Under the pieces are notes generated by a model. It searched no databases and was not told the origin of the DNA. It saw only the letters and a list, made by a program, of their open reading frames with translations. Shown piece by piece: positions 44,601 through 59,200 of a stretch of DNA of 64,000 nucleotides; the first letter of the stretch is position 1, and each line of letters begins with the position of its first letter. Origin of the DNA: Eledone cirrhosa (taxonomy: Eukaryota). A program made the position numbers and the translations under genes. The DNA is taken from assembly GCA_964016885.1 (NCBI GenBank), contig OZ024741.1, forward strand, positions 232,314,001 through 232,378,000. The letters are read 5' to 3'.

Positions 44601-47600
44601 TATCAGTTAGATATTCTCTGGATAGCATCATACCTTATCAGTTAGATATTCTCTGTATAGTATCATACCTTATCAGTTAGATATTCTCTGGATAGTATCA
44701 TGCCTTATCAGTTAGATATTCTCTGTATAGTATCATACCTTATCAGTTGGATATTCTCTGGATAGTATCATAACTTATCAGTTGGATATTCTCTGGATAG
44801 TATCATGCCTTATAAGTTGGATATTCTCTGGATAGTATCATACCTTATCAGTTGGATATTCTCTGGATAGAATCATGCCTTATAAGTTGGATATTCTCTG
44901 GATAGTATCATACCTTATCAGTTGTATATTCTCTGAATAGTATCATACCTTATCAGTTAGATATTCTCTGGATAGTATCATACCTTATCAGTTAGATATT
45001 CTCTGTATAGTATCATACCTTATCAGTTGTATATTCTCTGTATAGTATCATACCTTATCAGTTAGATATTCTCTGTATAGTATCATACCTTATCAGTTAG
45101 ATATTCTCTGGATAGTATCATACCTTATCAGTTGGATATCCTCTGGATAGTATCATACCTTATCAGTTGGACATTTTCTGGATAGTATCATACCTTATCA
45201 GTTGGATATTCTCTGTATAGTATCATACCTTATCAGTTGGACATTTTCTGGATAGTATCATACCTTATCAGTTGGATATTCTCTGGATAGTATCATACCT
45301 TATCTGTTGGATATTCTCTGGATAGTATCATACCTTATCAGTTGGATATTCTCTGGATAGTATCATACCTTATCAGTTGGATATTCTCTGTATAGTATCA
45401 TACCTTATCAGTTAGATATTCCCTATATAGTATCATACCTTATCAGTTGGATATTCTCTGGATAGTATCATACCTTATCAGTTCGATATTCTCTGTATAG
45501 TATCATACCTTATCAGTTGGATATTCTCTGGACAGTATCATACCTTATCAGTTGGATATTCTCTGGATAGTATTATACCTTATCAGTTGGATATTCTCTG
45601 GATAGTATCATACCTTATCAGTTAGATATTCTCTGGATAGTATCATACCTTATCAGTTGGATATTCTCTGGATAGTATCATACCTTATCAGTTAGATATT
45701 CTCTGGATAGTATCATACCTTATCAGTTGGATATTCTCTGGATAGTATCATACCTTATCAGTTGGATATTCTCTGGATAGTATCATACCTTATCAGTTGG
45801 ATATTCTCTGGATAGTATCATACCTTATCAGTTGAATATTCTCTGGATAGTATCATACCTTATCAGTTGGATATTCTCTGAATAGTATCATACCTTATCA
45901 GTTAGATATTCTCTGGATAGTATCATACCTTATCAGTTAGATATTCTCTGTATAGTATCATACCTTATCAGTTAGATATTCTCTGGATAGTATCATGCCT
46001 TATCAGTTAGATATTCTCTGTATAGTATCATACCTTATCAGTTGGATATTCTCTGGATAGTATCATAACTTATCAGTTGGATATTCTCTGGATAGTATCA
46101 TGCCTTATAAGTTGGATATTCTCTGGATAGTATCATACCTTATCAGTTGGATATTCTCTGGATAGAATCATGCCTTATAAGTTGGATATTCTCTGGATAG
46201 TATCATACCTTATCAGTTGTATATTCTCTGAATAGTATCATACCTTATCAGTTAGATATTCTCTGGATAGTATCATACCTTATCAGTTAGATATTCTCTG
46301 TATAGTATCATACCTTATCAGTTGTATATTCTCTGTATAGTATCATACCTTATCAGTTAGATATTCTCTGTATAGTATCATACCTTATCAGTTAGATATT
46401 CTCTGGATAGTATCATACCTTATCAGTTGGATATCCTCTGGATAGTATCATACCTTATCAGTTGGACATTTTCTGGATAGTATCATACCTTATCAGTTGG
46501 ATATTCTCTGGATAGTATCATACCTTATCTGTTGGATATTCTCTGGATAGTATCATACCTTATCAGTTGGATATTCTCTGGATAGTATCATACCTTATCA
46601 GTTGGATATTCTCTGTATAGTATCATACCTTATCAGTTAGATATTCCCTATATAGTATCATACCTTATCAGTTGGATATTCTCTGGATAGTATCATACCT
46701 TATCAGTTGGATATTCTCTGTATAGTATCATACCTTATCAGTTAGATATTCTCTGTATAGTATCATACCTTATTAGTTAGATATTTGCTGGATAGTATCA
46801 TACCTTATCAGTTGGATATTCTCTGTATAGTATCATACCTTATCAGTTGGATATTCTCTGGATAGTATCATACCTTATCAGTTGGATATTCTCTGGATAG
46901 TATCATACCTTATCAGTTGGATATTCTCTGTATAGTATCATACCTTATCAGTTAGATATTCTCTGTATAGTATCATACCTTATTAGTTAGATATTTGCTG
47001 GATAGTATCATACCTTATCAGTTGGATATTCTCTGTATAGTATCATACCTTATCAGTTGGATATTCTCTGGATAGTATCATACCTTATCAGTTAGATATT
47101 CTCTGGATAGTATCATACCTTATATGTTGGATATTCTCTGGATAGTATCATACCTTATCAGTTAGATATTCTCTGGATAGTATCATACATTATCAGTTGG
47201 ACATTTTCAGGATAGTATCATACCTTATCAGTTGGATATTCTCTGGATAGTATCATACCTTATCAGTTGGATATTCTCTGGATAGTATCATAACTTATCA
47301 GTTTGATATTCTCTGGATAGTATCATACCTTATCACTTAGATATTCTCTGGAGAGTATCATACCTTATCAGTTGGATATTCTCTGGATAGTATCATACCT
47401 TATCAGTTGGATATTCTCTGGATAGTATCATACCTTATCAGTTGGATATTCTCTGTATAGTATCATACCTTATCAGTTAGATATTCTCAGGATAGTATCA
47501 TACCTTATCAGTTAGATATTCTCTGGATAGTATCATACTTTATAAGTTGGATATTCTCTGTATAGTATCATACCTTATCAATTGGATATTCTCTGTATAG

Positions 47601-50600
47601 TATCATGCCTTATCAGTTGGACATTTTCTGGATAGTACCATACCTTATCAGTTGGATATTCTCTGGATAGTATCATACCTTATCAGTTAGATATTTTCTG
47701 GATAGTATCATACCTTATCAGTTGGATATTCTCTGGATAGTATCATACCTTATCAGTTAGATATTTTCTGGATAGTATCATACCTTATCAGTTGGATATT
47801 CTCTGGATAGTATCATACCTTATCAGTTGGATATTATCTGGATAGTATCATACCTTATCAGTTGGATATTCTCTGTATAGTATCATACCTTATATGTTGG
47901 ATATTCTCTGGATAGTATCATACCTTATCAGTTGGATATTCTCTGGATAGTATCATACCTTATCAGTTAGATATTTTCAGGATAGTATCATACCTTATCA
48001 GTTGGATATTCTCTGGATAGTATCATACCTTATCAGTTCGATATTCTCTGGATAGTATCATACCTTATCAGTTGGATATTCTCTGGATAGTATCATACCT
48101 TATCAGTTGGATATTCTCTGTATAGTATCATACCTTATCAGTTAGATATTCTCTGGATAGTATCATACCTTATCAGTTGGATATTCTCTGGATAGTATCA
48201 TACCTTATCAGTTAGATATTTTCAGGATAGTATCATACCTTATCAGTTGGATATTCTCTGGATAGTATCATACCTTATCAGTTGGACATTTTCTGGATAG
48301 TACCATACCTTATCAGTTGGATATTCTCTGTATAGTATCATAACTTATCAGTTGGATATTCTCTGTATAGTATCATACCTTATCAATTGGATATTCTCTG
48401 TATAGTATCATGCCTTATCGGTTGGACATTTTCTGGATAGTATCATGCCTTATCAGTTGGATATTCTCTGTATAGTATCATACCTCATCAGTTGGATATT
48501 CTCTGTATAGTATCATACCTTATCAATTGGATATTCGCTGTATAGTATCATGCCTTATCAGTTGGACATTTTCTGGATATTATCATACCTTATCAGTTGG
48601 ATATTCTCTGTATAGTATCATACCTTATCAGTTAGATATTCTCTGGATAGTATCATACCTTATCAGTTGGATATTCTCTGTATAGTATCATACATTATCA
48701 GTTAGATATTCTCTGGATAGTATCATACCTTATCAGTTAGATATTGTCTGGATAGTATCATACCTTATATGTTGGATATTCTCTGGATAGTATCATACCT
48801 TATCAGTTAAGATATTTTCTGGATAGTATCATACATTATCAGTTGGACATTTTCAGGATAGTATCATACCTTATCAGTTAGATATTCTCTGGATAGTATC
48901 ATACCTTATCTGTTGGATATTCTCTGGATAGTATCATACCTTATCAGTGGGATATTCTCTGGATAGTATCATACCTTATCAGTTGGATATTCTCTGTATA
49001 GTATCACACCTTATCAGTTAGATATTCTCTGGATAGTATCATACCTTATCAGTTTGATATTCTCTGGATAGTATCATACCTTATCAGTTGGATATTCTCT
49101 GGATAGTATCATACCTTATCAGTTGGATATTCTCTGGATAGTATCATACCTTATCAGTTGGATATTCTCTGGACAGTATCATACATTATCAGTTAGATAT
49201 TCTCTGGATAGTATCATACCTTATCAGTTAGATATTGTCTGGATAGTATCATACCTTATATGTTGGATATTCTCTGGATAGTATCATACCTTATCAGTTA
49301 AGATATTTTCTGGATAGTATCATACATTATCAGTTGGACATTTTCAGGATAGTATCATACCTTATCAGTTAGATATTCTCTGGATAGTATCATACCTTAT
49401 CTGTTGGATATTCTCTGGATAGTATCATACCTTATCAGTGGGATATTCTCTGGATAGTATCATACCTTATCAGTTGGATATTCTCTGTATAGTATCACAC
49501 CTTATCAGTTAGATATTCTCTGGATAGTATCATACCTTATCAGTTTGATATTCTCTGGATAGTATCATACCTTATCAGTTGGATATTCTCTGGATAGTAT
49601 CATACCTTATCAGTTGGATATTCTCTGGATAGTATCATACCTTATCAGTTGGATATTCTCTGGACAGTATCATACCTTATCAGTTGGATATTCTCTGGAT
49701 AGTATTATACCTTATCAGTTGGATATTCTCTGGATAGTATCATACCTTATCAGTTAGATATTCTCTGGATAGTATCATACCTTATCAGTTGGATATTCTC
49801 TGGATAGTATCATACCTTATCAGTTAGATATTCCCTATATAGTATCATACCTTATCAGTTAGATATTTTCTGGATAGTATCATACCTTATCAGTTGGATA
49901 TTCTCTGGATAGTATCATACCTTATCAGTTGGATATTCTCTGTATAGTATCATACCTTATCAGTTGGATATTCTCTGGATAGTATCATACCTTATCAGTT
50001 AGATATTCTCTGGATAGTATCATACCTTATATGTTGGATATTCTCTGGATAGTATCATACCTTATCAGTTAGATATTCTCTGGATAGTATCATACATTAT
50101 CAGTTGGACATTTTCAGGATAGTATCATACCTTATCAGTTGGATATTCTCTGTATAGTATCATACCTTATCAGTTAGATATTCCCTATATAGTATCATAC
50201 CTTATCAGTTGGATATTCTCTGGATAGTATCATACCTTATCAGTTGGATGTTCTCTGTATAGTATCATACCTTATCAGTTAGATATTCTCTGTATAGTAT
50301 CATACCTTATTAGTTAGATATTTGCTGGATAGTATCATACCTTATCAGTTGGATATTCTCTGTATAGTATCATACCTTATCAGTTGGATATTCTCTGGAT
50401 AGTATCATACCTTATCAGTTGGATATTCTCTGGATAGTATCATACCTTATCAGTTGGATATTCTCTGTATAGTATCATACCTTATCAGTTAGATATTCTC
50501 TGTATAGTATCATACCTTATTAGTTAGATATTTGCTGGATAGTATCATACCTTATCAGTTGGATATTCTCTGTATAGTATCATACCTTATCAGTTGGATA

Positions 50601-53600
50601 TTCTCTGGATAGTATCATACCTTATCAGTTAGATATTCTCTGGATAGTATCATACCTTATATGTTGGATATTCTCTGGATAGTATCATACCTTATCAGTT
50701 AGATATTCTCTGGATAGTATCATACATTATCAGTTGGACATTTTCAGGATAGTATCATACCTTATCAGTTGGATATTCTCTGGATAGTATCATACATTAT
50801 CAGTTGGACATTTTCAGGATAGTATCATACCTTATCAGTTAGATATTCTCTGGATAGTATCATACCTTATCTGTTGGATATTCTCTGGATAGTATCATAC
50901 CTTATTAGTGGGATATTCTCTGGATAGTATCATACCTTATCAGTTGGATATTCTCTGTATAGTATCACACCTTATCAGTTAGATATTCTCTGGATAGTAT
51001 CATACCTTATCAGTTTGATATTCTCTGGATAGTATCATACCTTATCAGTTGGATATTCTCTGGATAGTATCATACCTTATCAGTTGGATATTCTCTGGAT
51101 AGTATCATACCTTATCAGTTGGATATTCTCTGGACAGTATCATACCTTATCAGTTGGATATTCTCTGGATAGTATTATACCTTATCAGTTGGATATTCTC
51201 TGGATAGTATCATACCTTATCAGTTAGATATTCTCTGGATAGTATCATACCTTATCAGTTGGATATTCTCTGGATAGTATCATACCTTATCAGTTAGATA
51301 TTCCCTATATAGTATCATACCTTATCAGTTAGATATTTTCTGGATAGTATCATACCTTATCAGTTGGATATTCTCTGGATAGTATCATACCTTATCAGTT
51401 GGATATTCTCTGTATAGTATCATACCTTATCAGTTGGATATTCTCTGGATAGTATCATACCTTATCAGTTGGATATTCTCTGGATAGTATCATACCTTAT
51501 CAGTTGGATATTCTCTGGATAGTATCATACCTTATCAGTTGGATATTCTCTGTATAGTATCATACCTTATCAGTTAGATATTCCCTATATAGTATCATAC
51601 CTTATCAGTTGGATATTCTCTGGATAGTATCATACCTTATCAGTTGGATGTTCTCTGTATAGTATCATACCTTATCAGTTAGATATTCTCTGTATAGTAT
51701 CATACCTTATTAGTTAGATATTTGCTGGATAGTATCATACCTTATCAGTTGGATATTCTCTGTATAGTATCATACCTTATCAGTTGGATATTCTCTGAAT
51801 AGTATCATACCTTATCAGTTGGATATTCTCTGGATAGTATCATACCTTATCAGTTGGATATTCTCTGTATAGTATCATACCTTATCAGTTAGATATTCTC
51901 TGTATAGTATCATACCTTATTAGTTAGATATTTGCTGGATAGTATCATACCTTATCAGTTGGATATTCTCTGTATAGTATCATACCTTATCAGTTGGATA
52001 TTCTCTGGATAGTATCATACCTTATCAGTTAGATATTCTCTGGATAGTATCATACCTTATATGTTGGATATTCTCTGGATAGTATCATACCTTATCAGTT
52101 AGATATTCTCTGGATAGTATCATACATTATCAGTTGGACATTTTCAGGATAGTATCATACCTTATCAGTTGGATATTCTCTGGATAGTATCATACCTTAT
52201 CAGTTGGATATTCTCTGGATAGTATCATAACTTATCAGTTTGATATTCTCTGGATAGTATCATACCTTATCAGTTAGATATTCTCTGGAGAGTATCATAC
52301 CTTATCAGTTGGATATTCTCTGGATAGTATCATACCTTATCAGTTGGATATTCTCTGGATAGTATCATACCTTATCAGTTGGATATTCTCTGTATAGTAT
52401 CATACCTTATCAGTTAGATATTCTCTGGATAGTATCATACCTTATCAGTTAGATATTCTCTGGATAGTATCATACTTTATAAGTTGGATATTCTCTGTAT
52501 AGTATCATACCTTATCAATTGGATATTCTCTGTATAGTATCATGCATTATCAGTTGGACATTTTCTGGATAGTACCATACCTTAACAGTTGGATATTCTC
52601 TGTATAGTATCATACCTTATCAGTTGGATATTCTCTGTATAGTATCATACCTTATCAATTGGATATTCTCTGTATAGTATCATGCCTTATCGGTTGGACA
52701 TTTTCTGGATAGTATCATGCCTTATCAGTTGGATATTCTCTGTATAGTATCATACCTCGTCAGTTGGATATTCTCTGTATAGTATCATACCTTATCAATT
52801 GGATATTCGCTGTATAGTATCATGCCTTATCAGTTGGACATTTTCTGGATATTATCATACCTTATCAGTTGGATATTCTCTGTATAGTATCATACCTTAT
52901 CAGTTAGATATTCTCTGGATAGTATCATACCTTATCAGTTGGATATTCTCTGTATATTATCATACCTTATCAGTTAGATATTCTCTGGATAGTATCATAC
53001 CTTATCAGTTAGATATTGTCTGGATAGTATCATACCTTATATGTTGGATATTCTCTGGATAGTATCATACCTTATCAGTTAAGATATTCTCTGGATAGTA
53101 TCATACATTATCAGTTGGACATTTTCAGGATAGTATCATACCTTATCAGTTAGATATTCTCTGGATAGTATCATACCTTATCAGTTGGATATTCTCTGGA
53201 TAGTATCATACCTTATCAGTGGGATATTCTCTGGATAGTATCATACCTTATCAGTTAGATATTCTCTGGATAGTATCATACCTTATCAGTTAGATATTCT
53301 CTGGATAGTATCATACCTTATCAGTTGGATATTCTCTGTATAGTATCATACCTTATCAGTTGGATATTCTCTGGATAGTATCATACCTTATCAGTTGGAT
53401 ATTCTCTGGACAGTATCATACCTTATCTGTTGGATATTCTCTGGATAGTATTATACCTTATCAGTTGGATATTCTCTGGATAGTATCATACCTTATCAGT
53501 TAGATATTCTCTGGATAGTATCATACCTTATCAGTTGGATATTCTCTGGATAGTATCATACCTTATCAGTTAGATATTCTCTGGATAGTATCATACCTTA

Positions 53601-56200
53601 TCAGTTGGATATTCTCTGGATAGTATCATACCTTATCAGTTGGATATTCTCTGGATAGTATCATACCTTATCAGTTGGATATTCTCTGGATAGTATCATA
53701 CCTTATCAGTTGGATATTCTCTGGATAGTATCATACCTTATCAGTTTGATATTCTCTGAATAGTATCATACCTTATCAGTTAGATATTCTCTGGATAGTA
53801 TCATACCTTATCAGTTAGATATTTTCTGTATAGTATCATACCTTATCAGTTAGATATTCTCTGGATAGTATCATGCCTTATCAGTTAGATATTCTCTGTA
53901 TAGTATCATACCTTATCAGTTGGATATTCTCTGGATAGTATCATACCTTATCAGTTGGATATTCTCTGGATAGTATCATGCCTTATATGTTGGATATTCT
54001 CTGGATAGTATCATACCTTATCAGTTGGATATTCTCTGGATAGTATCATGCCTTATAAGTTGGATATTCTCTGGATAGTATCATACCTTATCAGTTGGAT
54101 ATTCTCTGAATAGTATCATACCTTATCAGTTAGATATTCTCTGGATAGTATCATACCTTATCAGTTAGATATTCTCTGTATAGTATCATACCTTATCAGT
54201 TGTATATTCTCTGTATAGTATCATACCTTATCAGTTAGATATTCTCTGTATAGTATCATACCTTATCAGTTAGATATTCTCTGGATAGTATCATACCTTA
54301 TCAGTTGGATATCCTCTGGATAGTATCATACCTTATCAGTTGGACATTTTCTGGATAGTATCATACCTTATCAGTTGGATATTCTCTGTATAGTATCATA
54401 CCTTATCAGTTGGACATTTTCTGGATAGTATCATACCTTATCATTTGGATATTCTCTGGATAGTATCATACCTTATCTGTTGGATATTCTCTGGATAGTA
54501 TCATACCTTATCAGTTGGATATTCTCTGGATAGTATCATACCTTATCAGTTGGATATTCTCTGTATAGTATCATACCTTATCAGTTAGATATTCCCTATA
54601 TAGTATCATACCTTATCAGTTAGATATTTTCTGGATAGTATCATACCTTATCAGTTGGATATTCTCTGGATAGTATCATACCTTATCAGTTGGATATTCT
54701 CTGTATAGTATCATACCTAATCAGTTGGATATTCTCTGGATAGTATCATACCTTATCAGTTGGATATTCTCTGGATAGTATCATACCTTATCAGTTGGAT
54801 ATTCTCTGTATAGTATCATACCTTATCAGTTAGATATTCTCTGTATAGTACCATACCTTATTAGTTAGATATTTGCTGGATAGTATCATACCTTATCAGT
54901 TGGATATTCTCTGTATAGTATCATACCTTATCAGTTGGATATTCTCTGGATAGTATCATACCTTATCGGTTAGATATTTTCTGGATAGTATCATACCTTA
55001 TCAGTTGGATATTCTCTGGATAGTATCATACCTTATCAGTTGGATATTATCTGGATAGTATCATACCTTATCAGTTGGATATTCTCTGTATAGTATCATA
55101 CCTTATATGTTGGATATTCTCTGGATAGTATCATACCTTATCAGTTGGATATTCTCTGGATAGTATCATACCTTATCAGTTAGATATTTTCAGGATAGTA
55201 TCATACCTTATCAGTTGGATATTCTCTGGATAGTATCATACCTTATCAGTTCGATATTCTCTGGATAGTATCATACCTTATCAGTTGGATATTCTCTGGA
55301 TAGTATCATACCTTATCAGTTGGATATTCTCTGTATAGTATCATACCTTATCAGTTAGATATTCTCTGGATAGTATCATACCTTATCAGTTGGATATTCT
55401 CTGGATAGTATCATACCTTATCAGTTAGATATTTTCAGGATAGTATCATACCTTATCAGTTGGATATTCTCTGGATAGTATCATACCTTATCAGTTGGAC
55501 ATTTTCTGGATAGTACCATACCTTATCAGTTGCATATTCTCTGTATAGTATCATAACTTATCAGTTGGATATTCTCTGTATAGTATCATACCTTATCAAT
55601 TGGATATTCTCTGTATAGTATCATGCCTTATCGGTTGGACATTTTCTGGATAGTATCATGCCTTATCAGTTGGATATTCTCTGTATAGTATCATACCTCA
55701 TCAGTTGGATATTCTCTGTATAGTATCATACCTTATCAATTGGATATTCGCTGTATAGTATCATGCCTTATCAGTTGGACATTTTCTGGATATTATCATA
55801 CCTTATCAGTTGGATATTCTCTGTATAGTATCATACCTTATCAGTTAGATATTCTCTGGATAGTATCATACCTTATCAGTTGGATATTCTCTGTATAGTA
55901 TCATACCTTATCAGTTAGATATTCTCTGGATAGTATCATACCTTATCAGTTAGATATTGTCTGGATAGTATCATACCTTATATGTTGGATATTCTCTGGA
56001 TAGTATCATACCTTATCAGTTAAGATATTCTCTGGATAGTATCATACATTATCAGTTGGACATTTTCAGGATAGTATCATACCTTATCAGTTAGATATTC
56101 TCTGGATAGTATCATACCTTATCTGTTGGATATTCTCTGGATAGTATCATACCTTATCAGTGGGATATTCTCTGGATAGTATCATACCTTATCAGTTGGA
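44600..56200. repeat. Distant third copy of the 37-mer block plus the ~8-kb block, with local rearrangements
   Basis: GAATCATGCC at about 44870 and 46165, TATCACTTAG at 47331, CCTCGTCAG at about 52756, ORF copy at 52799, and TTGCATATTC at 55532 (also at 33261). Confidence 0.85.
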
Positions 56201-59200
56201 TATTCTCTGTATAGTATCATACCTTATCAGTTAGATATTCTCTGGATAGTATCATACCTTATCAGTTAGATATTCTCTGGATAGTATCATACCTTATCAG
56301 TTGGATATTCTCTGGATAGTATCATACCTTATCAGTTGGATATTCTCTGGATAGTATCATACATTATCAGTTGGATATTCTCTGGACAGTATCATACCTT
56401 ATCAGTTGGATATTCTCTGGATAGTATTATACCTTATCAGTTGGATATTCTCTGGATAGTATCATACCTTATCAGTTAGATATTCTCTGGATAGTATCAT
56501 ACCTTATCAGTTGGATATTCTCTGGATAGTATCATACCTTATCAGTTAGATATTCTCTGGATAGTATCATACCTTATCAGTTGGATATTCTCTGGATAGT
56601 ATCATACCTTATCAGTTGGATATTCTCTGGATAGTATCATACCTTATCAGTTGGATATTCTCTGGATAGTATCATACCTTATCAGTTGGATATTCTCTGG
56701 ATAGTATCATACCTTATCAGTTTGATATTCTCTGAATAGTATCATACCTTATCAGTTAGATATTCTCTGGATAGTATCATACCTTATCAGTTAGATATTC
56801 TCTGTATAGTATCATACCTTATCAGTTAGATATTCTCTGGATAGTATCATGCCTTATCAGTTAGATATTCTCTGTATAGTATCATACCTTATCAGTTGGA
56901 TATTCTCTGGATAGTATCATACCTTATCAGTTGGATATTCTCTAGATAGTATCATGCCTTATATGTTGGATATTCTCTGGATAGTATCATACCTTATCAG
57001 TTGGATATTCTCTGGATAGTATCATGCCTAATAAGTTGGATATTCTCTGGATAGTATCATACCTTATATGTTGGATATTCTCTGAATAGTATCATACCTT
57101 ATCAGTTAGATATTCTCTGGATAGTATCATACCTTATCAGTTAGATATTCTCTGTATAGTATCATACCTTATCAGTTGTATATTCTCTGTATAGTATCAT
57201 ACCTTATCAGTTAGATATTCTCTGTATAGTATCATACCTTATCAGTTAGATATTCTCTGGATAGTATCATACCTTATCAGTTGGATATCCTCTGGATAGT
57301 ATCATACCTTATCTGTTGGATATTCTCTGGATAGTATCATACCTTATCAGTTGGATATTCTCTGGATAGTATCATACCTTATCAGTTGGATATTCTCTGT
57401 ATAGTATCATACCTTATCAGTTAGATATTCCCTATATAGTATCATACCTTATCAGTTAGATATTTTCTGGATAGTATCATACCTTATCAGTTGGATATTC
57501 TCTGGATAGTATCATACCTTATCAGTTGGATATTCTCTGTATAGTATCATACCTTATCAGTTGGATATTCTCTGGATAGTATCATACCTTATCAGTTGGA
57601 TATTCTCTGGATAGTATCATACCTTATCAGTTGGATATTCTCTGTATAGTATCATACCTTATCAGTTAGATATTCTCTGTATAGTATCATACCTTATTAG
57701 TTAGATATTTGCTGGATAGTATCATACCTTATCAGTTGGATATTCTCTGTATAGTATCATACCTTATCAGTTGGGTATTCTCTGGATAGTATCATACCTT
57801 ATCAGTTGGATATTTTCAGGATAGTATCATACCTTATCAGTTGGATATTCTCTGGATAGTATCATACCTTATCAGTTAGATATTTTCAGGATAGTATCAT
57901 ACCTTATCAGTTGGATATTCTCTGGATAGTATCATACCTTATCAGTTCGATATTCTCTGGATAGTATCATACCTTATCAGTTGGATATTCTCTGGATAGT
58001 ATTATACCTTATCAGTTGGATATTCTCTGTGTAGTATCATACATTATCAGTTGGATATTCTCTGTATAGTATCATACCTTATCAGCTAGATATTCTCTGG
58101 ATAGTATCATACCTTATAAGTTGGATATTCCATGGATAGTATCATACCTTATCAGTTGGATATCCTCTGTATAGTATCATACCTTATCAGTTAGATATTC
58201 TCTGGATAGTATCATTCCTTATAAGTTGGATATTCCATGGATAGTATCACACCTTATCAGTTAGATATTCCATGGATAGTATCATACCTTATCAGTTAGA
58301 TATTCTCTGGATAGTATCATACCTTATCAGTTAGATATTCTCTGGATAGTATCATACCTTATCAGTTGGATATTATCTGGATAGTATCATACCTTATCAG
58401 TTAGATATTCTCTGGATAGTATCATACCTTATAAGTTGGATATTCTCTGTATAGTATCATACCTTATCAATTGGATATTCTCTGTATAGTATCATGCCTT
58501 ATCAGTTGGACATTTTCTGGATAGTATCATACCTTATCAGTTGGATATTCTCTGTATAGTATCAGACCTTATCAGTTGGATATTCTCTGTATAGTATCAT
58601 ACCTTATCAATTGGATATTCTCTGTATAGTATCATGCCTTATCAGTTGGACATTTTCTGGATAGTATCATACCTTATCAGTTGGATATTCTCTGTATAGT
58701 ATCATACCTTATCAGTTGGATATTTTCTGTATAGTATCATACCTTATCAATTGGATATTCTCTGGATAGTATCATACCTCATCAGTTGGATATCCTCTGG
58801 ATAGTATCATACCTTATCAGTTGGATATTCTCTGGATAGTATCATACCTTATCAGTTAGATATTCTCTGGATATTATGATACCTTATATGTTGGATATTC
58901 TCTGGATAGTATCATACCTTATCAGTTAGATATTCTCTGGATAGTATCATACATTATCAGTTGGACATTTTCAGGATAGTATCATACCTTATCAGTTGGA
59001 TATTCTCTGGATAGTATCATACCTTATCAGTTGGATATTCTCTGGATAGTATCATAACTTATCAGTTTGATATTCTCTGGATAGTATCATACCTTATCAG
59101 TTAGATATTCTCTGGATAGTATCATACCTTATCAGTTGGATATTCTCTGGATAGTATCATACCTTATCAGTTCGATATTCTCTGGATAGTATCATACCTT

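Noticed and set aside
52799-53062. Third copy of the 87-aa ORF
   Set aside because: It is part of the distant copy of the same block.
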